Virus record (IMG/VR): IMGVR_UViG_2541047870_000005
Reading direction: 5' to 3' (one strand)
DNA from: a virus
Lineage: Duplodnaviria > Heunggongvirae > Uroviricota > Caudoviricetes
DNA: 55,336 nucleotides
A model generated the notes under the pieces. The model worked only from the letters and a program-made list of their open reading frames with translations, had not been told where the DNA came from and made no database searches. Position numbers and translations under genes: made by a program. Positions 1-9,456 of the stretch are shown here, piece by piece. Every line of letters begins with the position of its first letter. Within the stretch, counting starts at the first letter, position 1.

Positions 1-867
1 ATGAAGTATGTCTTTATTGAAAAACATCAGGCTGAGTTCAGCATCAAAGCAATGTGCCGCGTGCTCCGGGTGGCCCGCAGCGGCTGGTATACGTGGTGTC
101 AGCGGCGGACAAGGATAAGCACGCGTCAGCAGTTCCGCCAACACTGCGACAGCGTTGTCCTCGCGGCTTTTACCCGGTCAAAACAGCGTTACGGTGCCCC
201 ACGCCTGACGGATGAACTGCGTGCTCAGGGTTACCCCTTTAACGTAAAAACCGTGGCGGCAAGCCTGCGCCGTCAGGGACTGAGGGCAAAGGCCTCCCGG
301 AAGTTCAGCCCGGTCAGCTACCGCGCACACGGCCTGCCTGTGTCAGAAAATCTGTTGGAGCAGGATTTTTACGCCAGTGGCCCGAACCAGAAGTGGGCAG
401 GAGACATCACGTACTTACGTACAGATGAAGGCTGGCTGTATCTGGCAGTGGTCATTGACCTGTGGTCACGTGCCGTTATTGGCTGGTCAATGTCGCCACG
501 CATGACGGCGCAACTGGCCTGCGATGCCCTGCAGATGGCGCTGTGGCGGCGTAAGAGGCCCCGGAACGTTATCGTTCACACGGACCGTGGAGGCCAGTAC
601 TGTTCAGCAGATTATCAGGCGCAACTGAAGCGGCATAATCTGCGTGGAAGTATGAGCGCAAAAGGTTGCTGCTACGATAATGCCTGCGTGGAAAGCTTCT
701 TTCATTCGCTGAAAGTGGAATGTATCCATGGAGAACACTTTATCAGCCGGGAAATAATGCGGGCAACGGTGTTTAATTATATCGAATGTGATTACAATCG
801 GTGGCGGCGGCACAGTTGGTGTGGCGGCCTCAGTCCGGAACAATTTGAAAACCAGAACCTCGCTTAG
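1..867 (+). CDS. IS3-family transposase OrfB (DDE catalytic domain)
   Basis: 288-aa ORF, identical to ORF 2238-3104 (-); upstream orfA lies outside the window. Confidence 0.85.
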   Translation: MKYVFIEKHQAEFSIKAMCRVLRVARSGWYTWCQRRTRISTRQQFRQHCDSVVLAAFTRSKQRYGAPRLTDELRAQGYPFNVKTVAASLRRQGLRAKASRKFSPVSYRAHGLPVSENLLEQDFYASGPNQKWAGDITYLRTDEGWLYLAVVIDLWSRAVIGWSMSPRMTAQLACDALQMALWRRKRPRNVIVHTDRGGQYCSADYQAQLKRHNLRGSMSAKGCCYDNACVESFFHSLKVECIHGEHFISREIMRATVFNYIECDYNRWRRHSWCGGLSPEQFENQNLA

Positions 868-897
868 GCCTGTGTCCATATTACGTGGGTAGGATCA
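1..897 (+). mobile_element. IS3-family insertion sequence, copy 1 (partial; the window starts inside the element, only the orfB half and right terminal repeat are visible)
   Basis: ORF 1-867 is identical in translation to the orfB of the complete copy at 2238-3104; terminal sequence gtgggtaggatca ending at 897 is the reverse complement of the end of copy 2 at 2208. Confidence 0.8.
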
Positions 898-950
898 GTA
901 GGCTTTTATTCAACCTCGGGTGAAATACACATGCAGTTAAGATTTATGCA

Positions 951-2006
951 ATGTATAACAACAAAGGCGGTGTTGGAAAAACAACACTTGGTTTCAACAT
1001 TGCTGCACAGTATGCAGAAGAAAATCCCAGCACACAGGTACTAGTAATAGATTTGTGTCCGCAAGCAAACATTTCTCAATACCTGCTTGGAGGAGGTGAT
1101 CGTGGGTACAATACTAATCAAGAGCTACAATCTTCACGAACACGCAAAAATGTCGTAGGGTTTCTGGACTGGCTTTTAGATGGCCATTCAAATTTCACCA
1201 GTATTCGACGTTCTTTCAAAGTAGCAGTAAACCAATATAATGATGAAATCAGCGATAATTTGTTTCTCATCGCCGGTGATTCATTCCTCGAGTCCCTTAC
1301 TCTTGCACTGAACTATGCAGTTATCAGTCCAGCTAACAGGTTCGCATGGAAAGAGTATATGACAGCATTTCGTCGACTATGTACTCTAGAACATGATATT
1401 GATGATTACGATGATATGGTTGTCTTTATTGACTGTAATCCAAGTTTTTCTATCTACACCCAAATGGCTCTACTATCTTCAGATAGACTGGTCGTCCCTA
1501 TGATGGCTGATTACAGTTCATTAGAAGGGATGAAAGGAATAATGATGCTTCTTTATGGCCATTATCCCTCTTCTGCTGCACAAACCTATGCAGAAAAGTT
1601 TGTCACTTTTCATAGCCAAGTTGTGAATAATAATCTTACATTACCTAAGTTAGATCGCTTTGTTTTCAATAACTTTACGTCTAATCTTGGTGTTGCCAGA
1701 GCTTATGATTCAATCAAAGAATCCCTTTGTGCTTTTGCTTTTACACAATATCAGAACTTCCCAGAACTATTCACGGAGCGATATCGTGAAATCAATAACT
1801 TAAATGAATGGGAGGCGGCCTATCTTTCTGAAGTTAAAGATTTTCATACTTCAGGGAAAGTTTCTGCAAGTTTGGGAATTCCTCTTTTCAAACTTCCTGC
1901 TCAAACTCATTATGAAATGCCAAACGGTGAAATTATCAACGTTGTAAGAGAGCGTTATCGCGAGGCTAGAGAACATGTAAACGCTTTAGTAGAAACATTC
2001 TATTAA
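951..2006 (+). CDS. ParA/MinD-like P-loop ATPase (deviant Walker A KGGVGKTT), about 100-aa C-terminal extension; 5' end possibly abnormal
   Basis: N-terminus MYNNKGGVGKTT is the deviant Walker A box of the ParA/MinD/Soj superfamily; AT-rich gene; in-frame upstream codons (924-950) read KYHAVKIYA, resembling the beta-strand that normally precedes the P-loop, but no canonical start codon lies upstream. Confidence 0.65.
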   Translation: MYNNKGGVGKTTLGFNIAAQYAEENPSTQVLVIDLCPQANISQYLLGGGDRGYNTNQELQSSRTRKNVVGFLDWLLDGHSNFTSIRRSFKVAVNQYNDEISDNLFLIAGDSFLESLTLALNYAVISPANRFAWKEYMTAFRRLCTLEHDIDDYDDMVVFIDCNPSFSIYTQMALLSSDRLVVPMMADYSSLEGMKGIMMLLYGHYPSSAAQTYAEKFVTFHSQVVNNNLTLPKLDRFVFNNFTSNLGVARAYDSIKESLCAFAFTQYQNFPELFTERYREINNLNEWEAAYLSEVKDFHTSGKVSASLGIPLFKLPAQTHYEMPNGEIINVVRERYREAREHVNALVETFY

Positions 2007-2237
2007 GTGATTATATCGACCCTTGAACATAAAGTACGTTATTATTCAGTGTCTGATATTTTATATGTATTAATCATTATAAATAATGGCTGCATTTAAT
2101 TGTAGCCATTACTTTAAAACATTGTACAAATGGCAGGTGTAGTCTTTAACGCAACTCTAATGATAATCATCAATGTAAATATTCATTTATACTTTAAATG
2201 GGTAGGCTGATCCTACCCACGTAATATGGACACAGGC

Positions 2238-3104
2238 CTAAGCGAGGTTCTGGTTTTCAAATTGTTCCGGACTGAGGCCGCCACACCAACTGTGCCGCCG
2301 CCACCGATTGTAATCACATTCGATATAATTAAACACCGTTGCCCGCATTATTTCCCGGCTGATAAAGTGTTCTCCATGGATACATTCCACTTTCAGCGAA
2401 TGAAAGAAGCTTTCCACGCAGGCATTATCGTAGCAGCAACCTTTTGCGCTCATACTTCCACGCAGATTATGCCGCTTCAGTTGCGCCTGATAATCTGCTG
2501 AACAGTACTGGCCTCCACGGTCCGTGTGAACGATAACGTTCCGGGGCCTCTTACGCCGCCACAGCGCCATCTGCAGGGCATCGCAGGCCAGTTGCGCCGT
2601 CATGCGTGGCGACATTGACCAGCCAATAACGGCACGTGACCACAGGTCAATGACCACTGCCAGATACAGCCAGCCTTCATCTGTACGTAAGTACGTGATG
2701 TCTCCTGCCCACTTCTGGTTCGGGCCACTGGCGTAAAAATCCTGCTCCAACAGATTTTCTGACACAGGCAGGCCGTGTGCGCGGTAGCTGACCGGGCTGA
2801 ACTTCCGGGAGGCCTTTGCCCTCAGTCCCTGACGGCGCAGGCTTGCCGCCACGGTTTTTACGTTAAAGGGGTAACCCTGAGCACGCAGTTCATCCGTCAG
2901 GCGTGGGGCACCGTAACGCTGTTTTGACCGGGTAAAAGCCGCGAGGACAACGCTGTCGCAGTGTTGGCGGAACTGCTGACGCGTGCTTATCCTTGTCCGC
3001 CGCTGACACCACGTATACCAGCCGCTGCGGGCCACCCGGAGCACGCGGCACATTGCTTTGATGCTGAACTCAGCCTGATGTTTTTCAATAAAGACATACT
3101 TCAT
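2238..3104 (-). CDS. IS3-family transposase OrfB
   Basis: 288-aa ORF overlapping the 3' end of orfA in the -1 frame, as expected for the IS3 frameshift-fusion arrangement. Confidence 0.85.
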   Translation of the reverse strand: MKYVFIEKHQAEFSIKAMCRVLRVARSGWYTWCQRRTRISTRQQFRQHCDSVVLAAFTRSKQRYGAPRLTDELRAQGYPFNVKTVAASLRRQGLRAKASRKFSPVSYRAHGLPVSENLLEQDFYASGPNQKWAGDITYLRTDEGWLYLAVVIDLWSRAVIGWSMSPRMTAQLACDALQMALWRRKRPRNVIVHTDRGGQYCSADYQAQLKRHNLRGSMSAKGCCYDNACVESFFHSLKVECIHGEHFISREIMRATVFNYIECDYNRWRRHSWCGGLSPEQFENQNLA

Positions 3105-3406
3105 TTCAGACGATTCGCAAAGTATGTCGCGGCCTTTTGGAGGATAGCCAGTTCCTCTGCCTGCTCCGCCAGTTGCCGCTTCAGGCGGGCATTTTCAGCG
3201 GCCAGTTCACTTTCACGCTCTGACGAACTCATTTGTTGCTGCAGTTTGCTGCGCCACGCATAGAGCTGTGATTCATACAGGCTGAGTTCACGGGCTGCGG
3301 CAGCAACACCGATGCGTTCAGCAAGTTTCAGGGCTTCACTGAGAAATTCAGGCGAATGCTGTTTACGTTTTTTTACTGGTTGAAACTGTTTTGTCTTGTG
3401 AGTCAC
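3101..3406 (-). CDS. IS3-family transposase OrfA (HTH DNA-binding, leucine zipper); GTG start
   Basis: 101-aa ORF ...[38 protein letters not shown]...[16 protein letters not shown] closely resembles IS3 OrfA; the start codon at 3404-3406 is GTG on the minus strand. Confidence 0.8.
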   Translation of the reverse strand: MTHKTKQFQPVKKRKQHSPEFLSEALKLAERIGVAAAARELSLYESQLYAWRSKLQQQMSSSERESELAAENARLKRQLAEQAEELAILQKAATYFANRLK

Positions 3407-3504
3407 CTCTGACTGAGAGTTTACTCACTTAGCCGCGTGTCCACTATTGCTGGGTAAGATCAGGCTTACAGAAAAATAAAACCTGCCGTAGCAGGTTCTC
3501 TTTC

Positions 3505-3720
3505 TTAAAAATTCATATGGCCCTGACCATCTGGCAATGGATGTGGAGGGGCTGTGGCAATCACTGCAGGTGTCACAATAAACCGGACCACTGTTTCATG
3601 GGTAACAAAAGTGCTCCCGCAGTTAATATTTTGGCACTGGCAGTAACGCTCTTTGGTGCTTTCCGTTACTTGAAAACTGCTCCTTGTGTGCGCCGCATGA
3701 CCACACTTTGGACAATTCAT
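3505..3720 (-). CDS. ogr: Ogr-type zinc-finger late-gene transcriptional activator
   Basis: CPKCGHAAHTRSS...KERYCQCQNINCGSTF matches the Ogr/Delta C2C2 zinc-finger pattern; start taken at the internal Met (MNCPKCG), the ORF track begins at 3768. Confidence 0.8.
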   Translation of the reverse strand: MNCPKCGHAAHTRSSFQVTESTKERYCQCQNINCGSTFVTHETVVRFIVTPAVIATAPPHPLPDGQGHMNF

Positions 3721-3791
3721 CATATCCAGATCCCTACCTTTGCTATCAGAATCAATGCAATGATACACAAAATATCGATATTGAGAACCAT

Positions 3792-4892
3792 TTATTCCAT
3801 TTCAAGATCATTAATTTTCACTTCAAGTTCAATACTGGTTGTAAAACCGTTATCCGGGCTGACGGTATGCGTCAGAGTCGTAATGGTCCATTCCGCATCA
3901 TCTATCGGCTGTTTAAAGCCACTGACTTTCACTGGCATTTCCGTGTAGAGATCTGCCCGCCCTTCTGCCAGTTGTAGCGAGAATGACGCAACGCCGCGTT
4001 GCAGGCGTTCCCACTGCATTTTCGCCGCTCGTTCGGCGTTGCTCCGGTTGGCATAAGTGCGATTAAGTACCAGCACGTTTTCATCCGTACCCACCAGGTA
4101 ATCGCCCTGCTTCGCTTCCGGCTCTTTCTTCTGCTTCTTAGTTCTGCGCTTACGCTTCACCGTGGTGCTTTCTTTCTTCGCAGGTTCGCGGGTATGCAAC
4201 CAGCTGGCAATTACGCCCGTGTAGGCTCCGCGATCTGCCAGGGTAAAGCGGTGACTGTCGCCGTCCTTGCGTGTGATAGTGATCACTGGCAGTGGTTTAC
4301 CAGTGGCGCTTTTGCCCTGCCCCTGCCGGATGAATAGCAGATTGCCATTTTTCACCGACGCGATGGCACCGTACTGTCGCGCCAGCCGCATCAGAAAACT
4401 GCCGTCACTCTCATTAGTCTGGTCTATATGTTCCACGGGCTTATCCGACAGGTCTTTACCCAGCGCCATCTTCAGCTTGTGACGCGCGGCTATTTCCTTT
4501 ACCACTTCCCCGACGGTGGTCTTGTGCCAAGATTTTTCACGGCGGGTATTCAGGGTTTCCCGAAAATCAGCACTTCGCGCCCGGATAGTCAGGCGGTCCG
4601 GTGCGCCAGTGTGTTCAATCTCGTCCACCGTGAATGCCCCTTTCGGGAAAAGCGGCTGCCCCTTCCAGCCCAGCGCCAGCGTAATGACCGCACCACGGCG
4701 CGGCAGCACGATTTTTCCATCGGCGTCGTCCAGCTCCAGATCAAGCTGGTCCGCTTCAAATCCCCGGTTATCCGTCAGCGTCAGCCCCATCAGGCGGTTG
4801 TCCAGCACAGTGGTGATATCCCTGCCTTCAATACTGATGCTGAATGCCGGAGTTTTGTTGCCTTTGTTAAGCAGTTCAGAGCTGAAATTCAC
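3792..4892 (-). CDS. D: P2 gpD-like tail protein (late control D)
   Basis: 366-aa ORF at the gpD position between ogr and U; size and synteny. Confidence 0.75.
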   Translation of the reverse strand: MNFSSELLNKGNKTPAFSISIEGRDITTVLDNRLMGLTLTDNRGFEADQLDLELDDADGKIVLPRRGAVITLALGWKGQPLFPKGAFTVDEIEHTGAPDRLTIRARSADFRETLNTRREKSWHKTTVGEVVKEIAARHKLKMALGKDLSDKPVEHIDQTNESDGSFLMRLARQYGAIASVKNGNLLFIRQGQGKSATGKPLPVITITRKDGDSHRFTLADRGAYTGVIASWLHTREPAKKESTTVKRKRRTKKQKKEPEAKQGDYLVGTDENVLVLNRTYANRSNAERAAKMQWERLQRGVASFSLQLAEGRADLYTEMPVKVSGFKQPIDDAEWTITTLTHTVSPDNGFTTSIELEVKINDLEME

Positions 4893-5374
4893 GACAGAAG
4901 CCCTCCCACCGTTTTACTGATATCGCTTAAGGCTGATGTTGCCGTTCCCTGCAGATTATTCAGCTGCGCACTGAGATCACCGAACATATCGGACAGGGAT
5001 TCATCCACCCGTTTGAGCGACAGGGTGAACTCAATCCGGCGCGGCATACCGTCGCGGAAAAACTCCGTTTTAGTCTGATTCAGTCCCTCAATCACATACA
5101 TGCCGTAAATCGTGCCGCTGCCTTCAATCAGAGGCCATGCTTTCCCCTGTTCTGCCATCTGCTCCAGTGCCAGCAACGACAGCCTGCCGCCTGTTATCTC
5201 CGGCATAAGAACACCGGAAAGCGTCAGCATGTCGTTGTCCGGTCCCAGAAACTGCGTGGACGGACGACGATTTACCCGGCTGTTAGCCGCATGTCGCCAG
5301 CTGCGCTGATACTGCAGTTCCTGATACGGCACGGTGCGCAGCATAAACACGTACAATCCCAGCACCATCATCAT
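4889..5374 (-). CDS. U: P2 gpU-like tail protein
   Basis: 161-aa ORF between tape-measure gene and D, 4-bp overlaps typical of a P2 late operon. Confidence 0.7.
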   Translation of the reverse strand: MMMVLGLYVFMLRTVPYQELQYQRSWRHAANSRVNRRPSTQFLGPDNDMLTLSGVLMPEITGGRLSLLALEQMAEQGKAWPLIEGSGTIYGMYVIEGLNQTKTEFFRDGMPRRIEFTLSLKRVDESLSDMFGDLSAQLNNLQGTATSALSDISKTVGGLLS

Positions 5375-8300
5375 GCGTCGTATCCCCCCTGATCGCTGTA
5401 GTTACTCCTGGCCTTTGCCTTCAGCCTGCGTTCACGTTCATCAAGCTGGCGGGCCACCTCCCGCGCAATATCCTGCGCACTTTGTCCTGGCTGCGTCTGG
5501 ATGATGATCTGCGTCGGTGCCTCAATCCTGTAAACGGGCGGCACAGTGGCTGCGCGACTCACAATTGCTTCTCCACCTTTCGCGGGAAGTGCCAAAGGGT
5601 GCAACGGTGGAAGCTCTGCTGGCGCGGCAGCAACTCCCATCATTCCGGTAACAACGGCAGCCAGTGCAGCTGTATTTTTCCGGCTGGTCACATTTGCCGG
5701 GCCGTTAACAATTTCCGGCCCGTTTTCACCGACGATGCCAAACTGCCCGCGCGGGATATACCCGCCGCTGTCATACATCCCCGCAAAGCCATATCCCCAT
5801 GATGGAAAACCACCCGATGGCATCATCACTTTACCGTCTGCATTCACCGTCGCAGGTTGCTGACGCGTCACGCTTTCCGGCAGTTTTGCCTTTGCGACCT
5901 CTTTACTGACAATGCCGAGCTTCTCCAGCAACCAGGAAACGCCGGATTTCAGGGAGTCCAGCGGATGCATGACCATATTTAGCCCTTCCGCCAGTGCCTC
6001 CCCGAATCGTCGCCCCATTGCCGCTGCACTCTGCAGTTCGGCAGAGGTCGACTTAACGGGCGTCAGCAGATCAGTAAACCAGCCCCACAGCGCCTGTACT
6101 TTGTCGCCAATCCACTGGAACACGGGCTTAAGCGGTTCGAATGCTTCACTGACGGGACCTGCCGCCGCTTTGAATCCCTCCACCACGCCACCAAGAAATG
6201 CGGTGATGGGTTGCCAGTATTTCCAGACAACCAGCGCCACGCCCACCAGTGCAGTAACCACAAGACCTATCGGACTGAGCAGAGCACCTAACAGACCAGA
6301 TACGGCATACAGGGCAACGCGCAGCATCGCCAGTGGACCAGATGCCAGTACTCGCAGCACCGTGCCTGCGGCGGCCAGTCCACCGCGCAGTACCGCCAGA
6401 GGATTCATAAACATCACAGCAACAGCACGTAAACCGGATAATCCAGACCGCAAAAGTGCAACCGGCGCACCTGCTACAGTTTTCAGGACATTTCCCGTCA
6501 GTAATGCCGTGCGGCGCAAAGACGACAACGGCGCAGTAAGTAAACCTGCGGCGTTGCCCGATGAAGCAAGCCCGCGTCGCAGCAGTGCCAGTGGTGCGCC
6601 AGCCAGCCAGGACAACGCGCTGCTGGTTCGGGTTACTGCTGCCGTAACGGAAGGTAACGTTTTGATACCCAGCACAGAGAATCCCAGACGAATCACTGCC
6701 AGCGGCCCCAGCACTGCAGCCAGCGCCACCGCTAAGGTTCCGAGGCCTACGGTAACCGCAGCCACCACAGCGGCTACTTTCATCAGTGTGCCTGTCAGTT
6801 CCGGGTTAGCTTCCACCCAGCGGCGCAACGCCCCCGTGATGCTTTTCACCGTGTACAGAATATCCATCAGCGGCTGGCGCAGCGTTTCGCCCAGGCTGCT
6901 GAAGGTGTTCTGCGCTCCGGTTTTGACCAGCAACCACTGCGCAGAAAGTGAGTCCTTGTTAATGTCGGATTCTTTCTGCATGGAGCCGAGCGCATCATTG
7001 CCCGCTGTCAGTTTTAGCTGGCGCTGCAGTTCCGGCAGGTTGTTTGCCAGTTTCGCCGCGTCATCGCCAAACTCTTTACCAAACAACATGGTCATGGCAG
7101 ACAGACGTTTATCCTGCGGCAGTGCGTTCACCTTCTCCAGTACGCGCTGGATAGTTCCCATCGCATCCTTCGTCATCTGCTTTTCAATCACTTCAGGATT
7201 GAGTTTCAGCAGATTCATCCCTTCAAAGAAACTCTTGCTTTGCATGGTGGCAATGGACAATTCACGCACCATCGCGTTTGCTGCACTGGCTGCAACCTCT
7301 GGCGCAGCGCCCAGTGTCAGAAAGGTGGAACCCAGCGCCGCCGCTTTACGATAATCCAGACGATCAGCCACACCGCCCAGGCGTTGCATGACATCAATGA
7401 TGTCTGCCCCTTTCGACATGGCGTTATCATCCAGATAGTTCAGCGCATCACCGAGCTGTTCAATATTGCGGGTAGGAATTTTGTAGAGCTGGGCGATTTT
7501 CCCCAGACTTTCTGACAGTTCATCCGCTGGCAGCTCAAAGGCTGTTGCCGCCTTTGCTGCCGTACTGGCGAAGGCCAGCAGGTCACGTTTCTGGTCCTCC
7601 CAGCTGTCGTCAGGGTTTGCGACGTTCATGCGCGCCCCACCTTCAACCAGTGCAGCGAAATCCACCGCACCGTTTTCCATCGGCAACTGTTCGCTGGCAG
7701 CCTTGATGGCATCCTGCATTTCATAAAAACGTGCAGTGCGGTTGCCATTATCGTCACGCAGACCATTGACCTGCTTTGCCACACCTTTCATGGCATCTTC
7801 CATGCTGGTATAGCTTTTTACTGCCGCCATCACTGGTGCGCCCATTGCCAGCCCTGCAGCCGTGGTGGTGGCTCCGGCACCTGCAATACGATCGCGCACC
7901 TCCAGCGAACGGGCATAACTGGCACGCGCTGCATTCATCCTGCGCTGAGCTTCCCCCAGTCGCTTCAGCCGCGCCTCCTGTTTCGAAAGTTCCTGGTTAT
8001 AACGTGATGTTTCACGGGCTAAACGGGCAGTTGCTCCCGCATCATCTTTCGCAGAAATTCCCGCCCGGTACAGTTCAGCACGCACAAGCGCCGTTTGCTT
8101 CTGCAAATATTTTTGTTGTTCTTCCAGGCGTTGGACTGCCAGCGTTTGCCGACCTAAAGCCACAAGATGCCTTTGTGATGGTTGCTCCATCGCCTCCAGC
8201 TCAGAGCTAAGCAAATTAGCCTTCTGTCTGGCATAGTTCAGCCTGTCGCCTAACTTCTTGTTATCAGCCTGCAGCTTGCGAAATTTTTCCAGGCTGTTAC

Positions 8301-8448
8301 CCACCTGATTGAGTTGCTTTAATGCGTCACGGGAGTTTCTGATTGCGCCAGCCAGCTCTTTCGAACTGGCCTGTGCAGCACGGAATGGGCGGGTGAGTTT
8401 GTCAACCGCATTAAGAATGACCTGCAGGCGCAGGTTGTTATCACTCAT
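5371..8448 (-). CDS. T: Tail tape measure protein (gpT-like)
   Basis: 1025-aa ORF, Ala/Gly-rich with coiled-coil N-terminus and hydrophobic repeats, directly downstream of the E/E' frameshift region. Confidence 0.85.
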   Translation of the reverse strand: MSDNNLRLQVILNAVDKLTRPFRAAQASSKELAGAIRNSRDALKQLNQVGNSLEKFRKLQADNKKLGDRLNYARQKANLLSSELEAMEQPSQRHLVALGRQTLAVQRLEEQQKYLQKQTALVRAELYRAGISAKDDAGATARLARETSRYNQELSKQEARLKRLGEAQRRMNAARASYARSLEVRDRIAGAGATTTAAGLAMGAPVMAAVKSYTSMEDAMKGVAKQVNGLRDDNGNRTARFYEMQDAIKAASEQLPMENGAVDFAALVEGGARMNVANPDDSWEDQKRDLLAFASTAAKAATAFELPADELSESLGKIAQLYKIPTRNIEQLGDALNYLDDNAMSKGADIIDVMQRLGGVADRLDYRKAAALGSTFLTLGAAPEVAASAANAMVRELSIATMQSKSFFEGMNLLKLNPEVIEKQMTKDAMGTIQRVLEKVNALPQDKRLSAMTMLFGKEFGDDAAKLANNLPELQRQLKLTAGNDALGSMQKESDINKDSLSAQWLLVKTGAQNTFSSLGETLRQPLMDILYTVKSITGALRRWVEANPELTGTLMKVAAVVAAVTVGLGTLAVALAAVLGPLAVIRLGFSVLGIKTLPSVTAAVTRTSSALSWLAGAPLALLRRGLASSGNAAGLLTAPLSSLRRTALLTGNVLKTVAGAPVALLRSGLSGLRAVAVMFMNPLAVLRGGLAAAGTVLRVLASGPLAMLRVALYAVSGLLGALLSPIGLVVTALVGVALVVWKYWQPITAFLGGVVEGFKAAAGPVSEAFEPLKPVFQWIGDKVQALWGWFTDLLTPVKSTSAELQSAAAMGRRFGEALAEGLNMVMHPLDSLKSGVSWLLEKLGIVSKEVAKAKLPESVTRQQPATVNADGKVMMPSGGFPSWGYGFAGMYDSGGYIPRGQFGIVGENGPEIVNGPANVTSRKNTAALAAVVTGMMGVAAAPAELPPLHPLALPAKGGEAIVSRAATVPPVYRIEAPTQIIIQTQPGQSAQDIAREVARQLDERERRLKAKARSNYSDQGGYDA

Positions 8449-8574
8449 CGTTGGCCCCGCATCTCTGAATCGCTTTATACCGCCATTCCAGCACTTCGGT
8501 CAGCGGCATAACGTCAGTAACGGATGGCGGCCAGTGAAAAATGGTGGCGATATCTGCCACCAGATCGTCAACCG

Positions 8575-8877
8575 TCAGGCTGTCGGTAAACCGGCAAGCA
8601 CCGACTTCTTCAACAAAAAAGTGACAACCTCAACCGACATGGCTGTGAGATCTGCCGGGTCCATCTCTGCGATTTCCTGTGCAGTCAGTGCCGGACTGGA
8701 GATGCGGGGGATCACGGTCATCATCGCGTTCACATCCATATCCATAATGGCCTGCAGGCGTGTGCCGCGCAGCGCACCAGACTGCGGTTTACGCAACACA
8801 ATTTCGGTAATTTCTGTTTTACCGCGCATGATGGGGGTATCCAGTTGAATGGTCTTTTCAGTCTGTTTATCGCTCAT
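8575..8877 (-). CDS. E: Tail assembly chaperone gpE (with predicted -1 frameshift product E+E')
   Basis: 100-aa ORF between FII and T; contains slippery TTTTTTG near its 3' end; a 126-bp gap before T would hold the E' extension. Confidence 0.7.
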   Translation of the reverse strand: MSDKQTEKTIQLDTPIMRGKTEITEIVLRKPQSGALRGTRLQAIMDMDVNAMMTVIPRISSPALTAQEIAEMDPADLTAMSVEVVTFLLKKSVLAGLPTA

Positions 8878-8931
8878 TTTGTTGTCCTGTAAATTAGGTT
8901 CTGGCGCGGCATTCCGCGCCGTTCAGATACA

Positions 8932-9447
8932 TCAGAGGCCGAGGGCGTTGCGGTGCGCTTCCATCAGGTCCACACCGTCCACAATTTCCACCATGTTGAT
9001 AAGGTCCACTTCATAGAGCACCTCACCATTGATGGTCAGCTTCGCGTAGCTGTTGGTACTGGTCACTTTGGTGGTGTTGCTTTCGCCCGTCTTCCACTCG
9101 CCGGAATCCACTTCTTTGTGACGTCCACGCACGACAAGCTCCACGGCCTGCACTTCCCCGGTATCGTCACGCTGGATAGAGCCGGTAAAGCGCAGCTGGA
9201 TGCCATCCACCGTGGATTTGCCCATCTGCTTAAACAGCAGTAGTTCAGTACCACCAATGGAAAATTCTGTATCCAGTGCACTGTCATCCAGTCCCAGATC
9301 CACATCCACCGCCCCCGGCATACCGCCGCCGCGATACTTCTCATATTTGCGGGTGAATTTCGGCAGCGTCAGCGACTCAACGATCCCCTGCCAGTTGTTC
9401 CCGTCGTTAAACAAGTTCAGATGTTTTAATTTACGTGGTAAAGCCAT
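8932..9447 (-). CDS. FII: Tail tube protein (gpFII-like)
   Basis: 171-aa ORF immediately downstream of the sheath gene; size and synteny. Confidence 0.8.
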   Translation of the reverse strand: MALPRKLKHLNLFNDGNNWQGIVESLTLPKFTRKYEKYRGGGMPGAVDVDLGLDDSALDTEFSIGGTELLLFKQMGKSTVDGIQLRFTGSIQRDDTGEVQAVELVVRGRHKEVDSGEWKTGESNTTKVTSTNSYAKLTINGEVLYEVDLINMVEIVDGVDLMEAHRNALGL

Positions 9448-9456
9448 GTTGTCCCC

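Larger units (their letters stand above)
2208..3462 (-). mobile_element. IS3-family insertion sequence, copy 2 (complete, about 1255 bp) flanked by 3-bp direct repeat GGC
   Basis: Ends tgatcctaccc (2208-) and gggtaagatca (-3462) form imperfect terminal inverted repeats matching the IS3 IRL consensus TGATCTTACCCAGCAATAGTGGACACGCGGCTAAGTGAG; orfA/orfB overlap in -1 frame; GGC at 2205-2207 and 3463-3465. Confidence 0.85.

Noticed and set aside
604-879. 91-aa ORF antisense to IS3 orfB (also at 2226-2501)
   Set aside because: Lies entirely within and opposite to the transposase coding sequence in both IS copies; no independent signal; typical spurious antisense ORF.
5912-7354. 480-aa plus-strand ORF (and several others, 5482-5863, 7240-7515, 7776-8210) overlapping the tape measure gene
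   Set aside because: Pro/Ser/Ala-rich low-complexity translations on the strand opposite a GC-rich, Ala/Gly-rich gene; these are mirror-frame artefacts.
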